Assembly: GCA_964291315.2 (NCBI GenBank) | Contig: OZ219753.1 | Location: forward strand, 1,728,001-1,792,000 | DNA length: 64,000 bases | Reading direction: 5' to 3' | Source of the DNA: Candidatus Poribacteria bacterium | GTDB lineage: Bacteria > Poribacteria > WGA-4E > WGA-3G | In this document: positions 30,899-41,237 of the stretch, one piece after another | Position numbering within the stretch: the stretch's first letter is position 1 | Layout of the letters: every line of letters starts with the position of its first letter | Made by a program: the position numbers and the translations under genes | The notes under the pieces: model-generated | Seen by the model: the letters and a program-made list of their open reading frames with translations, nothing else | What the model was told of the DNA's origin: nothing | Databases searched by the model: none

Positions 30899-31285
30899 TT
30901 AAGAGTGTTTCCCACCGATCAAAATGAGGAACGCACTATCCTCGTTGGCATAGACAGAGTGTAGGATGTCTTCCGTGAAGGTAACCCCGTCGCCTTGTTC
31001 CAACGTTATTTTATCAGCGCTTGTTGTAAATACGATGCTGCCGCTAAGCGTAAGAACAGCAGCTGCGGTTGGGGCTTTATGGTCGGCTAATGTAGAACCC
31101 TTCTTTAGGGCAAGCAAGACGATTGTTAGGTCATTCCCTCGAGCCAGTGTCAGCGAGGCTCGCCCTGATGTGGCAACCGAGGCTTCTTCCATAAGATTTT
31201 CAGCCATTTCCGTAAACGGAAACGCTTTGATCAACGAGCTATCTAGGTCTGCAGGTCTATACGGTCTATGGAACGATCTATTCAT
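30899..31285 (-). CDS. Cupin domain protein
   Basis: DHKAP...LSGSI.F...LEQGD...HSVYA cupin pattern. Confidence 0.8.
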   Translation of the reverse strand: MNRSFHRPYRPADLDSSLIKAFPFTEMAENLMEEASVATSGRASLTLARGNDLTIVLLALKKGSTLADHKAPTAAAVLTLSGSIVFTTSADKITLEQGDGVTFTEDILHSVYANEDSAFLILIGGKHS

Positions 31286-31332
31286 TGTAATCCTCTATTC
31301 TATTAGTCAGTGTTAGTTAATACAGTGAACTA

Positions 31333-32478
31333 TTATAACCCGATCGGCAATTCTAAGCCAGAAGGAAAGACCGTCAGAGGTTTCGCTGCTCCATCCGAAA
31401 TATGGAAGGTATCTTCTAATCGCACACCCCCCGTTCCAGGCACAGAAAGAACCGGATGCCCAACTGTTACTGTCATTCCCTCACGAATCTGAATGCCTGA
31501 ATCCCCCGGGTGGATGGTCGGTGCCGGTGTTTCCTCGAAACCGAGTCCAATACTATGGCTGATCCCCGCAACGTAGAATTCCCCGTAGCCGTTTTCAGTG
31601 AAAACTTTCTTGGCGGCTGTATCTATATCTCGCATTTTTGCCCCGGGTTTTAAAGCATCTCTCCCTGCAGATTGTGCTCTTTTGTAAGTCGCAAACATCT
31701 CTTCCTGTTTTGCCGAGGGGGCCCCAACAACGAAAGTCCGGCAGAGGTTCGCACAATACCCTTTATGACGAGGCACTAAATCGAGGACAACGAGATCCCC
31801 CTCTTCAACCACTTTGTCAGAAGCCGTTCCGTGCAGCCACCCCGACCGAATCCCTGAATTCACGAAAACAGGCGTCGCGACACCATGGCCGCCTGCTTTT
31901 CGCATCGCATATTCTACCTCGGCCGCAACCTCATTCTCCGTAATACCCGGCCTGATTGTCTTAACCGCTGCTTCCATACCGATACCGGCTATCTCTGCCG
32001 CCCGCTGCATCAATGCTATCTCGGAGGCATCTTTCACCATGCGGAGCTCATCCATAACCGGGGCGATATCTACAACATCAACCATAGGATTTGCCCTTTG
32101 AAACATGTTCAATAAGAACGCAGGCGTAGAAAACCACATCTGCACACCAACCGTGAGTTTGTCCTTCTCACCTATCATGCCGCGCATCACCTGAACCACA
32201 TCTTTAATTTGTTGACCAACCGAGGCGAAAATCCGAACATCTTCCACACCCAATGAATCCCGGACCTCCGCCTCCTCTCCAGCAAAGGTAATAATAAGTG
32301 GCAAGCCTGCCGCCGGAATAATGGCTCGCGGCTGATACCGATCCTCTCCAAAAAAGTAAATATAATCGTCATGCGTTAAGATGAGATAGGCATCAATGCC
32401 TTGTTGTTTCATTCGCTCTTGTGCGTTTCGAACCCTTTTGGTATGTAGCACAGCAACTCCTGTATTTGCTTTTCTCAA
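31333..32478 (-). CDS. Xaa-Pro peptidase family (M24) protein
   Basis: LRMVKDASEI, GWLHG, VVLDL, GYCANLCRT, HSIGL, GGVRLEDT. Confidence 0.88.
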   Translation of the reverse strand: MRKANTGVAVLHTKRVRNAQERMKQQGIDAYLILTHDDYIYFFGEDRYQPRAIIPAAGLPLIITFAGEEAEVRDSLGVEDVRIFASVGQQIKDVVQVMRGMIGEKDKLTVGVQMWFSTPAFLLNMFQRANPMVDVVDIAPVMDELRMVKDASEIALMQRAAEIAGIGMEAAVKTIRPGITENEVAAEVEYAMRKAGGHGVATPVFVNSGIRSGWLHGTASDKVVEEGDLVVLDLVPRHKGYCANLCRTFVVGAPSAKQEEMFATYKRAQSAGRDALKPGAKMRDIDTAAKKVFTENGYGEFYVAGISHSIGLGFEETPAPTIHPGDSGIQIREGMTVTVGHPVLSVPGTGGVRLEDTFHISDGAAKPLTVFPSGLELPIGL

Positions 32479-32909
32479 AACCGCCCCTACGAAACCCCGT
32501 TACTCTGCGCAGCGGATGACGTAGCCGTTAATGGGTTGTATCAGAAAAATATAGGATACTATATGTATAATCTCGGCGCAACTTCAATCTTAGAAGAAAG
32601 CGGATCAGACTCGCGATTGCAAGCAACCCTGGTAGCTTTCAACCAACCCCCGGAACGCCATCATCCGCACCAAAAATCAGGGAATCCACCTTCAGCAGCC
32701 TCCCGCATGCTTTCAGGGCGGCGTATATCATATTAAATGTAATGTTTTAAATAGAACCGGTACAATAACATGACATGTATATTTGATGGGGGCCAGATTG
32801 TTTTGTAAAGCGCTGACACATTTTTCATGGGCCCCTGACAGGTCAAGGTCTCGCGCCCTATTTTCAGAAGCCGGAGCAAATGAGTAAGGCACGAACAACC
32901 TCCTAATGC

Positions 32910-33848
32910 CTACAAGGCATGATCTCCCGGACAGACACCCTTTACAAAAGTGCCAAAACCGAAGAAGGTCGGTGCATAATCACCAACATAATCGACAACA
33001 CTCTTTTCCGGAATAGCATCTTCTAGTCCCATACACCAATAACACCCGTTGACGAGAAGTCTACGGAGCCCTTCGCTCTCTAGATCGACCGAAGCCCCCA
33101 TCGTTGTGCCGAAGACGCGTGAAGTATTACCCGCATCGCCCGTGTAGGTCTTTATCCACGCCATAGGCATCGTGACCGTATCCGGTTTTGGAGCGTCTGT
33201 CGGCTCCATACCGACCAACACCTGTCCGTGGATAAGAACTTGAGCATCGCCTGTCAATTCCGTTATGCCGTAGACATCGGATGGCCCCCAAACATCGGCA
33301 ACGCCTTTGAGAATCGAATGATCTTTCATCGCCTCGTCAATAACACCGCGCGCACTCTCCTTGCCGTGATGCCCATGATGATTAACCCATGTTTCACCGA
33401 GTACTTGTCTGCCGTATCCACCGTCAAACGTTTTACTGTTAAAACTATATTTTGCATATGGGCTATCAAGATTCCGGCTATAACTGAAAGCGTGTGTCGC
33501 TGTACGAAGCCCCATCACCGGTTTCCCAGCGTTGGTATAGTCAACGATGTACTTCATCTGTTCATCTGGTAGCTCACGGAAACGCGTGAATAGGACCATC
33601 ATATCCGCGGATTCCAAATGGTGGAGTCCAGGAATATTGGTTTGGTTCTCCGGATCAATCTCGCCTGTTTCCGGATCAACAGCGAAAAGCACAGTGCATG
33701 TAAACCCGTGATGTGTGGCTAACACTTTGCCTAACATCGGCAACGCCTCTTCAGAGCGATACTCTTCGTCACCGCTGACAAGAACAATATGTTTTCCCTT
33801 CCCGGGACCTTCGTTTCCTTCGTAAAGAACCCATTCGTTTTTCATCAA
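32910..33848 (-). CDS. ThuA-like (class I glutamine amidotransferase-like) domain protein
   Basis: IVLVSGDEEYRSEE, TRFRELP, GLRTATHAF, RVFGTTMG. Confidence 0.75.
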   Translation of the reverse strand: MMKNEWVLYEGNEGPGKGKHIVLVSGDEEYRSEEALPMLGKVLATHHGFTCTVLFAVDPETGEIDPENQTNIPGLHHLESADMMVLFTRFRELPDEQMKYIVDYTNAGKPVMGLRTATHAFSYSRNLDSPYAKYSFNSKTFDGGYGRQVLGETWVNHHGHHGKESARGVIDEAMKDHSILKGVADVWGPSDVYGITELTGDAQVLIHGQVLVGMEPTDAPKPDTVTMPMAWIKTYTGDAGNTSRVFGTTMGASVDLESEGLRRLLVNGCYWCMGLEDAIPEKSVVDYVGDYAPTFFGFGTFVKGVCPGDHAL

Positions 33849-33961
33849 AAGTTAAACCCCACAAAAATAAGATTTTGTATAAGTATAGCAGATTTTCCAG
33901 AGAAAGTCACCTTGAATCTGTTTACGGAGATGAGACATTCTGGACATATAAGGAAAAGATT

Positions 33962-33990
33962 TTGACAAATATCCGAAATTAGCATAAAAT
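33962..33990 (+). promoter_or_regulatory. Sigma70 promoter of the aspartate kinase operon
   Basis: TTGACA-N17-TAAAAT. Confidence 0.7.
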
Positions 33991-34047
33991 TGTGAGGAAT
34001 AACCCGAAAATATTATTCAAAAATACAGTAAAATTGGAGGGACTGGA

Positions 34048-35400
34048 TTGTTAAAAGTATCAAAATTTGGCGGGAGCTCCCTGGCATCGGCACAACAAGT
34101 ACATCAAGTTTGCGACATCATCGCTGCTGATCCCAAACGACGCCTCATCGTTGTCTCCGCACCTGGGAAACGCCACAGCCAAGACATCAAAGTAACAGAC
34201 TTACTCATCGCAGCTGCATCAGAACGACTGACAGGGAAAATCGGGGCATCGGAATGCGCTGAAGTAATCGAACGCTACCGCAACATCGCCTCAGGGTTAG
34301 GGCTCCCCCCTGAAGTTATTAAACCTATCGCCCATAACCTGACAGAACGCCTAGAAAAAAGTACTACCGATGCGAATCTCTATATGGACACGATGAAGGC
34401 GGGCGGGGAAGACAACTGCGCACAACTTATCGCGCAGGCATTGCAAGCCCGCGGCATAGAAGCACACTATGTCAACCCGAAAGATGCAGGACTCATATTG
34501 TCCGATCAACCCGGCAACGCCCAAGTTTTACCCGAAGCCTATAACCGTTTACGCGATCTCAAGGAACGCCCAGGGATCACCGTTTTTCCAGGATTCTTCG
34601 GCTATTCGAAACAAGGGAACATCGTCACTTTTTCACGCGGCGGTTCAGACATCACAGGCGCCATTCTCGCCAGCGCCGTTCGCGCAGAGGTCTATGAGAA
34701 TTTTACAGATGTCGACTCTGTGTTTGCAGCGAATCCAGCTATCGTTAAAAACCCCGCACCCATCGCCCAGCTAACCTACCGTGAAATGCGGGAACTCTCT
34801 TATGCCGGGTTTTCTGTCTTTCACGACGAAGCACTTGAACCCGTCTACCGAGCACAAGTGCCCGTTCATATCCGAAACACGAATAACCCAAAAGCGGAAG
34901 GCACACTGATTATTCCGAACCGCAAGGCAATAGATAGGCCAGTTGTCGGTATCGCAGCAATGGACAGTGTGTGCTGCATCTACCTCAGTAAATATCTAAT
35001 GAATCGCCAAATCGGATTCGGGCGACGCCTACTGCAAATCTTAGAAACCGAAAGCATCTCTTTCGAACATGTGCCATCCGGTATAGACAACATGTCCGTT
35101 ATCATTCGCGAAGAAAATCTGACAGCGCAGAAAGAGAAGAAGGTCGTCGAACAAATCCGACAAACCCTCGCACCTGAAGATGTCTCCGTAGAACGCGGCC
35201 TCTCGCTTATCATGGTCGTTGGAGAAGGCATGCGTCACACTGTCGGAATCGCCTCACGCGCCACACATGCATTAGCAAGCACACACGTTAATATCGAAAT
35301 GATTAACCAAGGCTCTAACGAAGTTAGTATGATGTTCGGCATAAAATCTGAAGATATGCAGACTGCAGTTCAAACACTCTATACCGAATTTTTCGCCTAA
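34048..35400 (+). CDS. lysC: Aspartate kinase
   Basis: KFGGSS, VVSAPGK, FSRGGSDITG, FTDVD, two C-terminal ACT domains. Confidence 0.93.
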   Translation: MLKVSKFGGSSLASAQQVHQVCDIIAADPKRRLIVVSAPGKRHSQDIKVTDLLIAAASERLTGKIGASECAEVIERYRNIASGLGLPPEVIKPIAHNLTERLEKSTTDANLYMDTMKAGGEDNCAQLIAQALQARGIEAHYVNPKDAGLILSDQPGNAQVLPEAYNRLRDLKERPGITVFPGFFGYSKQGNIVTFSRGGSDITGAILASAVRAEVYENFTDVDSVFAANPAIVKNPAPIAQLTYREMRELSYAGFSVFHDEALEPVYRAQVPVHIRNTNNPKAEGTLIIPNRKAIDRPVVGIAAMDSVCCIYLSKYLMNRQIGFGRRLLQILETESISFEHVPSGIDNMSVIIREENLTAQKEKKVVEQIRQTLAPEDVSVERGLSLIMVVGEGMRHTVGIASRATHALASTHVNIEMINQGSNEVSMMFGIKSEDMQTAVQTLYTEFFA

Positions 35401-35411
35401 AGGAGACCCTT

Positions 35412-36251
35412 ATGAAAATTACCGTGCAACCTGAAGAACTGGCTGCCGAAAAATTGACAGACGCACACGTTGAACAAGCCGTAAACGCAATATCTGTCGA
35501 TGGTTACATCATCTTGGAAAATGTCGTCAATCATGAACACTTGGATGTCTTGCGGGAGCGGATGGACGCCGATTCGCAAATCTTAATTGAAGCAGAAAAA
35601 TGGGGCGGAGCAGGCAGACTCGCAGGCCATCTCCAGCAGGGGCCACCCCCCTGTGCGCCCTATATTTTCACAGACATCGTCGCGAACCCCTATGTCGTGC
35701 AGGTAACACAAGAACTGCTCGGTCCAGGGCTCTATAATAACTTTTACAATGGCAATACAAATTGCCCCGGTAGCATAACACAACCACTTCACAGAGACGG
35801 ATCACACCTCTGGCCAAACCAAGAGATAGCACATCCGACGGCAGAAGTTGTTGTCAATATCTCTCCACAAGATACAACAGAGGAAAATGGAAGCGTGGAA
35901 CTCTGGCCCGGTTCACATCTAATAGTTAGTGGACGAAGGATAGAGAAAGAAGAAGAGGAAACCCGCCGGAAAATCTGTCCGCCCCTCCGTGGAAACGCAA
36001 AAAAAGGGAGCATCCTCATCCGAGATATCCGACTATGGCACCGAGGAGTTCCCAACTTATCTCATAAACCTCGACATATGGTAGCTATGATTTACCGCGC
36101 CTCTTGGCTGAAGTCCAACCGTAAATTAAAGTATAAAACTGGCTGCGAAAACGCTTTTAAAAACAGCGAGCTCGACCATAATGCTGAGTTCCTCGACTTC
36201 GTTAACCCCAAAATAGATGAATATGATTATCTTTTTAACCCACGCTTCTAA
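35412..36251 (+). CDS. Phytanoyl-CoA dioxygenase (PhyH) family protein
   Basis: QPLHRD, ENGSVELWPGSH, RLWHRG..N...R. Confidence 0.88.
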   Translation: MKITVQPEELAAEKLTDAHVEQAVNAISVDGYIILENVVNHEHLDVLRERMDADSQILIEAEKWGGAGRLAGHLQQGPPPCAPYIFTDIVANPYVVQVTQELLGPGLYNNFYNGNTNCPGSITQPLHRDGSHLWPNQEIAHPTAEVVVNISPQDTTEENGSVELWPGSHLIVSGRRIEKEEEETRRKICPPLRGNAKKGSILIRDIRLWHRGVPNLSHKPRHMVAMIYRASWLKSNRKLKYKTGCENAFKNSELDHNAEFLDFVNPKIDEYDYLFNPRF

Positions 36252-36301
36252 ATCCTACAAACGATACTATCTCCCTCTTTGAGCCCAAAGCGGAGGTTAC
36301 T

Positions 36302-37138
36302 ATGAACGCCCAAGACCAGTGGCTCCCTGCTGAGCCTGACCTGCAAACAGTCTGCAATAAATACAGCAACCCGATTTATGCCCTCTCCCAAGCCGAAATG
36401 CCAGCTATCATTCTGAGGAACGCTTACTCAGCCAAACAGTGCCACGGACTCATTACCCGGTTCACAAACATGGGACTAATGCGGGACGAAACCGACACCA
36501 ACTCCACCGATAGGCGCACCCGTATCGACATCGGCACAAGCCTCGGAAACCGCGGCGCAGATAAAGCGAAATTTTTAGCACACGCGAAAGTAACTCATCA
36601 CCTCTTTGAATTCCTATTCAACGGATTTGATAACCCTATTGATCTTATCTATGATGCACTCGCTGCGCTTGCACCAGGAAAAAAAGTAAAAGTAGCACAT
36701 GAACCAGACGGATCCTGCTACGGACCCGCGATCTTCCGCGTCCACTATGAAACACACAGTTATAAACCCCACATCGACCACGTCAAATACCGCGAACAGC
36801 GCACCAATTATGAAGTTTACCGCTTCGAGCATCAATTTGCAGGGGTCTTATGTGTCCAAAACGCTGATGAAAACGGAAAAGGCACACAAGCCATTCTGCA
36901 TCGATGCCTCTGGTCCGATGAGATCCAGCCTTATATCGCCGAGGAAACTTTTGACCAGTACGCCGCTGAAAACGGCACAGAAAACTATCAGGTCAACCTG
37001 AATCAGGGGGACCTCTACTTCTTCAATACCCGGTGTATCCATGAAGTGCCACCTGTTCAAGGCACACAAGCCCGGATTGTCTTGGCTGTGTTTATCGGTT
37101 ATTCTCCTGACGACGATGAAGTATATGTCTGGTCATAA
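36302..37138 (+). CDS. Putative Fe(II)/2-oxoglutarate oxygenase
   Basis: PHID (HxD), GDLYFFN..IHEV, distal R. Confidence 0.7.
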   Translation: MNAQDQWLPAEPDLQTVCNKYSNPIYALSQAEMPAIILRNAYSAKQCHGLITRFTNMGLMRDETDTNSTDRRTRIDIGTSLGNRGADKAKFLAHAKVTHHLFEFLFNGFDNPIDLIYDALAALAPGKKVKVAHEPDGSCYGPAIFRVHYETHSYKPHIDHVKYREQRTNYEVYRFEHQFAGVLCVQNADENGKGTQAILHRCLWSDEIQPYIAEETFDQYAAENGTENYQVNLNQGDLYFFNTRCIHEVPPVQGTQARIVLAVFIGYSPDDDEVYVWS

Positions 37139-37361
37139 TCCTTTTTCTCACCCCACCATTTTTCGAAGCTGAAAAACCGAATCTGTTCACTGAATGCACA
37201 GATATTATCAAGAGTATTGCCCTCAGTCTAGATGGAAAAATATTCACAACAGTGCGGTATCTGGACAAAACGGACCTGTTTTTCTTGACTCTTTTACAAA
37301 AATGGTATCATTAACCTGAGCGTGATAAAGAGCTATTATATCGTGCGCCGAACTCATGCAC

Positions 37362-38057
37362 TTACAACAACGCCTCAGCCAACCCCATAAAATCGTTCAC
37401 TGTTACATCGGGTTGATAAGGCGTATCCTCATACGGCAACTTATAGCGATTCACAAACGCCCCCTTATATCCGCAGGCCCGCGCCCCCAAAATGTCAAAT
37501 GAATTTGCAGAAACCATCAGACATTCGCTGACTTCAAGCCCTAACCTCCTCGCAGCTTCACGATAGACTGCAGGATGCGGTTTAAACGCCCCGACCGATG
37601 TAACCGAGATTACGGCGTCAAAATCCCAGACGACCCGCTCCCTAACGAGATATTCTAAAAAGGACGGATCCCCGTTAGACAAAACCACCAACTGATACCG
37701 AGATTTCAACGCAGATAACGCAGACATCACCTCTGGAAATGGCGAAAGGAAGCGCCAGCCATGCATAAATTCTTCTACTGTTTCAGAAGTCGCATCAATC
37801 CCGTTTGCTCTCAGGACGTAGTGTACTGCGCGACGAACGGTCTCCAGATAACCGCTATGACCGAGCATCACAATCGTATCTTGATACTGTTCAATCCGTT
37901 GACGATACCGCCACTGCCGCCAGAATTCATCCGCTGATACATCCGCAGCACGCGCCTTCAGCAATTCATCAATGAACGGCGTGAGACTACCCCCTAAATC
38001 CAAAATCGTGCCAAACAGGTCAAAAGTAAGCGCCTTTGTCTCCACAACATCCACCAT
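37362..38057 (-). CDS. Haloacid dehalogenase type II
   Basis: FDLFGT, VLSNG, FKPHP.VY, VSANSFDILGA. Confidence 0.88.
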   Translation of the reverse strand: MVDVVETKALTFDLFGTILDLGGSLTPFIDELLKARAADVSADEFWRQWRYRQRIEQYQDTIVMLGHSGYLETVRRAVHYVLRANGIDATSETVEEFMHGWRFLSPFPEVMSALSALKSRYQLVVLSNGDPSFLEYLVRERVVWDFDAVISVTSVGAFKPHPAVYREAARRLGLEVSECLMVSANSFDILGARACGYKGAFVNRYKLPYEDTPYQPDVTVNDFMGLAEALL

Positions 38058-38149
38058 AATAGTTTCAGTTATCGGTTCAGAGTCGCATGTAGCAGGTCAA
38101 ACGAAACAACTGCTATACACAGACAACCGATAATTATTTAAATCTTTTT

Positions 38150-39175
38150 TTATCCTAACGCCACTGTTCGCCCAGTTGCCATCGCCTCAAATGCAGCATC
38201 AATGACACGCATCTGATTCACGCAGCTTTCCGGCGAAATCCGGTGCGGGTTTCCAGTTGTTAGAACTTCACACATGTGCTCTAACTGCAAGCCGAACTGG
38301 AAACATGGTTCAAAATCAATAACTTCTCTACCCGCTCGTGTGATAAGCTCAAGATTGACCGCTGAATTCTCATTGTTCCAAGCCCGATCAAGCCGACACA
38401 TGCCGCCGGTACCTGACATCTCAACGTATTGTCCACCAGCACAATTAAAACCGGTAGAAATCTGGGCAGTCCGTTCCCCGGGAAATACTAACAATAGATA
38501 GGAAGCATCGTCTACTTCTAACCCGGCTTGAGACGCACCCGACACTCGAATCGGTTCAGCACCAAACATAAACCGTGCATGGTGGATATTGTAACAGGCC
38601 AAATCGTAGATACTACCGCCACCTTTCGCCTTATTAAACCGCCAATTCGCCTCAGGGCGGCGCGTTTCAGCACCACCACCACCGCCACCTGTGCAGAAGG
38701 TACTACGGAGCGTCATAAACGACCCAATTGCACCAGAATCAATTAATTCTTTCGCTTTAAGGTGCATCGGATGATGTCGAAATTTAAACGCCTCTGTGAC
38801 TAAAACACCGTTCTCCTGGGCAGCACCAACAAACGCTTCCGCCTCCGCTGCTGTTGACGTGAAAGGTTTCTCACACAAAATCGCTTTGACGTGGCGGGAT
38901 TCAGAAATCTGGATACCGACCTCAGCGTGAAAGGCACCCCACGTACAGATAATAACGATCTCTAGATCCTCCGCATCTAACATCTCTGCTAAAGAGAGAT
39001 ACCGGTTTTCAAGAGGCACTCCGAAGCGTTCCCCGAAACTAGCTAACGCATTTTCCGATACGTCACAGACCGCCGCCAATTCAGCACTCGGGGCTTGCCG
39101 GCAAGCATCACCGTGAGCATTGGCGATGCCACCTGCTCCGACAAGACCAACACGGTAAGGAGTTTGCGTTGACAT
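38150..39175 (-). CDS. Gfo/Idh/MocA family oxidoreductase
   Basis: LVGAGGIA, ILCEKP, GGGSIYDL.CY. Confidence 0.9.
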   Translation of the reverse strand: MSTQTPYRVGLVGAGGIANAHGDACRQAPSAELAAVCDVSENALASFGERFGVPLENRYLSLAEMLDAEDLEIVIICTWGAFHAEVGIQISESRHVKAILCEKPFTSTAAEAEAFVGAAQENGVLVTEAFKFRHHPMHLKAKELIDSGAIGSFMTLRSTFCTGGGGGGAETRRPEANWRFNKAKGGGSIYDLACYNIHHARFMFGAEPIRVSGASQAGLEVDDASYLLLVFPGERTAQISTGFNCAGGQYVEMSGTGGMCRLDRAWNNENSAVNLELITRAGREVIDFEPCFQFGLQLEHMCEVLTTGNPHRISPESCVNQMRVIDAAFEAMATGRTVALG

Positions 39176-39192
39176 AATATCTCCTTTCTCTG

Positions 39193-39951
39193 TCAAGTCG
39201 CTGTTAAAGGATAACCGTTTTCAACGATCGCTTTTTGCAGGAACTCAAATTCGTACTGTGGTAACGATGCACCCGGCTCCAATTCTGAAAAATCTTTCTT
39301 CCAACGGGCCACCGCGTCTGCTCTTACAACTATCCGCCCTAATGGAATACCTAAGAACTCTTCAAGTTTTTTCAGAACTGCCTCTTGGTGCAAGACAAAA
39401 TCCTCAAAACGGATCTGGATAACATTTTCAGGCAGAGGCGTTGCTTTCATGAGCTTATACTGATAAATCCACGAAATCGCCCGCCTTTCATAGATATCGT
39501 CCGTTTCAGGGTATAAGACCCCAAAATCCCGGAGGTTATCCGTTTTGTGGCTGCCTCGAATACAATCCCGCGGATCCCGAATCCAATGGATAAACTTTAT
39601 GTCTGGAAACATCCGAATTATCCACGGATAGACCAGAGTAGTTTCCGGGAGCTTCCACCCTTTGTGGGCAGCCCGATTCTGAAGTACGTCCGCAAGGTAT
39701 GTATTAACGAGCCGTTCAAATTCCGGATCGATAGCCATTGTAAAAAGTGGACCAAAATCCCACAACAAACCGCCTTGCCATTTAACATATTGCGCCATGA
39801 CACGGCAAGCATCATACATGGCATGCGGCGGAATTTTATCACCAGAGGCGTTAAGTTGACTCCCCATGAAAACCCCGCTGCCATACAACGTGTGAGAAAT
39901 AGCACGCGTCCCAGAATGACCCCGACCAATCACTGTGACCAAATTTTCCAT
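39193..39951 (-). CDS. Sulfotransferase family protein
   Basis: IGRGHSGT 5'-PSB loop, GWKLP, IRDPRD 3'-PB motif, IRFEDF. Confidence 0.8.
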   Translation of the reverse strand: MENLVTVIGRGHSGTRAISHTLYGSGVFMGSQLNASGDKIPPHAMYDACRVMAQYVKWQGGLLWDFGPLFTMAIDPEFERLVNTYLADVLQNRAAHKGWKLPETTLVYPWIIRMFPDIKFIHWIRDPRDCIRGSHKTDNLRDFGVLYPETDDIYERRAISWIYQYKLMKATPLPENVIQIRFEDFVLHQEAVLKKLEEFLGIPLGRIVVRADAVARWKKDFSELEPGASLPQYEFEFLQKAIVENGYPLTAT

Positions 39952-40143
39952 AGTAGATATCTATTACACAAAAATGACTTGTTTATTTCCGAAAATTAGA
40001 GCATAATAATTATGAAAACGGACACGCACTACTCACAGATACTCATCCGAGCCCGGCTTCAATTACTCGGAAAACATTGTAGCAAATAGAAAAAATAAAG
40101 CAACCTTTTTTTAATACACGACTTCATATTACGGAGAAAAAAC

Positions 40144-41148
40144 ATGAATAGACCACCCGAAGCCTTTATCCCCGTGGCCGAAGAACGCCTGCTTAACTTC
40201 TCTACCGCTTGCTTTGAGAAAGCCGGCATTACACATGCACACGCAGCACTCATTAGCCGGCTCCTCGTCAATTCTGACCTGCGGGGGGTCCGCAGCCACG
40301 GCACCCGAACCCTCAACGGATACTGCACAGGTTTCGAAAATGGAACTTTTAATCCCAACCCGAACATTCGCGTCATTCATGAAACACCCACTGCTGTCGT
40401 GCTCGACGGGAACGGCACACTCGGCTATCTGCCCATGGTGCGCGCCACGGAACACGCTATCGTCAAAGCCAAAAAGGTAGGCATCGGGATGGGATTAGTC
40501 CGTTATATTGGACACTACGGCTCAGCAGGACACTACGCCCGTATGTGTAACGAAGCCGGGTGTATCGGTTTTTCCGTACAAGGTTATCAGAATCACGGGA
40601 ACGCCGGAAATCAAGACCCAAAGCCGCAGCTCGGCTATTACGGCAATCCGCCTATCTGTTTCGCTATTCCATCTGGTGAAGAACCCCCGGTTGTCCTCGA
40701 CGCAGCAACCTGTATTATGGCCGATTATCAACGCGGCCCCGAATTCGACACCTTGCTTTCACTGATTCCAGCTGCCTTCTTCAAGAGTATCGGTTATACC
40801 GCCGTCGCAAGTCTGCTAGGCGGCGCATTGACCGGTTTCACTGAGCCACCACCGGAAGACACTGCAAAGTGGAAAGGCGGAAGAATGGGCGGCATGGCCC
40901 TCGCAATAGACATTGAATCTGTCGTGCCGATTACCATTTTTCACGCAGAAGTCGATCGGATGGCGCGGGACATCCGCGAAACATACGAACCCATGCCAGG
41001 GACAGATAGTGCATTGCTGCCAGGGGCCATTGAAACGGAATACATGCAAAAACATCGCCATGAAGGAATCCGTTACGGTGAAATGGAGCAAGAATCCGCT
41101 CGCGCAGCCAGTAAACGGTTAGGAGTGCCATTGCCCTGGGACGAATAA
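40144..41148 (+). CDS. Ldh_2 family oxidoreductase (malate/L-lactate/sulfolactate dehydrogenase-like)
   Basis: DLRGVRSHG, LDGNGTLG, GHYG, GNPPI, VLDAAT, LLPG. Confidence 0.87.
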   Translation: MNRPPEAFIPVAEERLLNFSTACFEKAGITHAHAALISRLLVNSDLRGVRSHGTRTLNGYCTGFENGTFNPNPNIRVIHETPTAVVLDGNGTLGYLPMVRATEHAIVKAKKVGIGMGLVRYIGHYGSAGHYARMCNEAGCIGFSVQGYQNHGNAGNQDPKPQLGYYGNPPICFAIPSGEEPPVVLDAATCIMADYQRGPEFDTLLSLIPAAFFKSIGYTAVASLLGGALTGFTEPPPEDTAKWKGGRMGGMALAIDIESVVPITIFHAEVDRMARDIRETYEPMPGTDSALLPGAIETEYMQKHRHEGIRYGEMEQESARAASKRLGVPLPWDE

Positions 41149-41237
41149 CCTCTATATCGCAGCAAAAAAAAGAAACCCAAGAAAACAGATGATGTAGACA
41201 ACGCACCCGTGTAAACACGTCACACTAAACTTAAACA

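Noticed and set aside
32495-32550. Integron attC site
   Set aside because: TAACGGCTACGTCATCCGCTGCG resembles only one half; no matching GTTRRRY arm, no array and no integrase
35412-36251. Ectoine hydroxylase EctD or a 2OG halogenase
   Set aside because: Lacks the EctD WHSDFETWH signature and has a normal HxD facial triad
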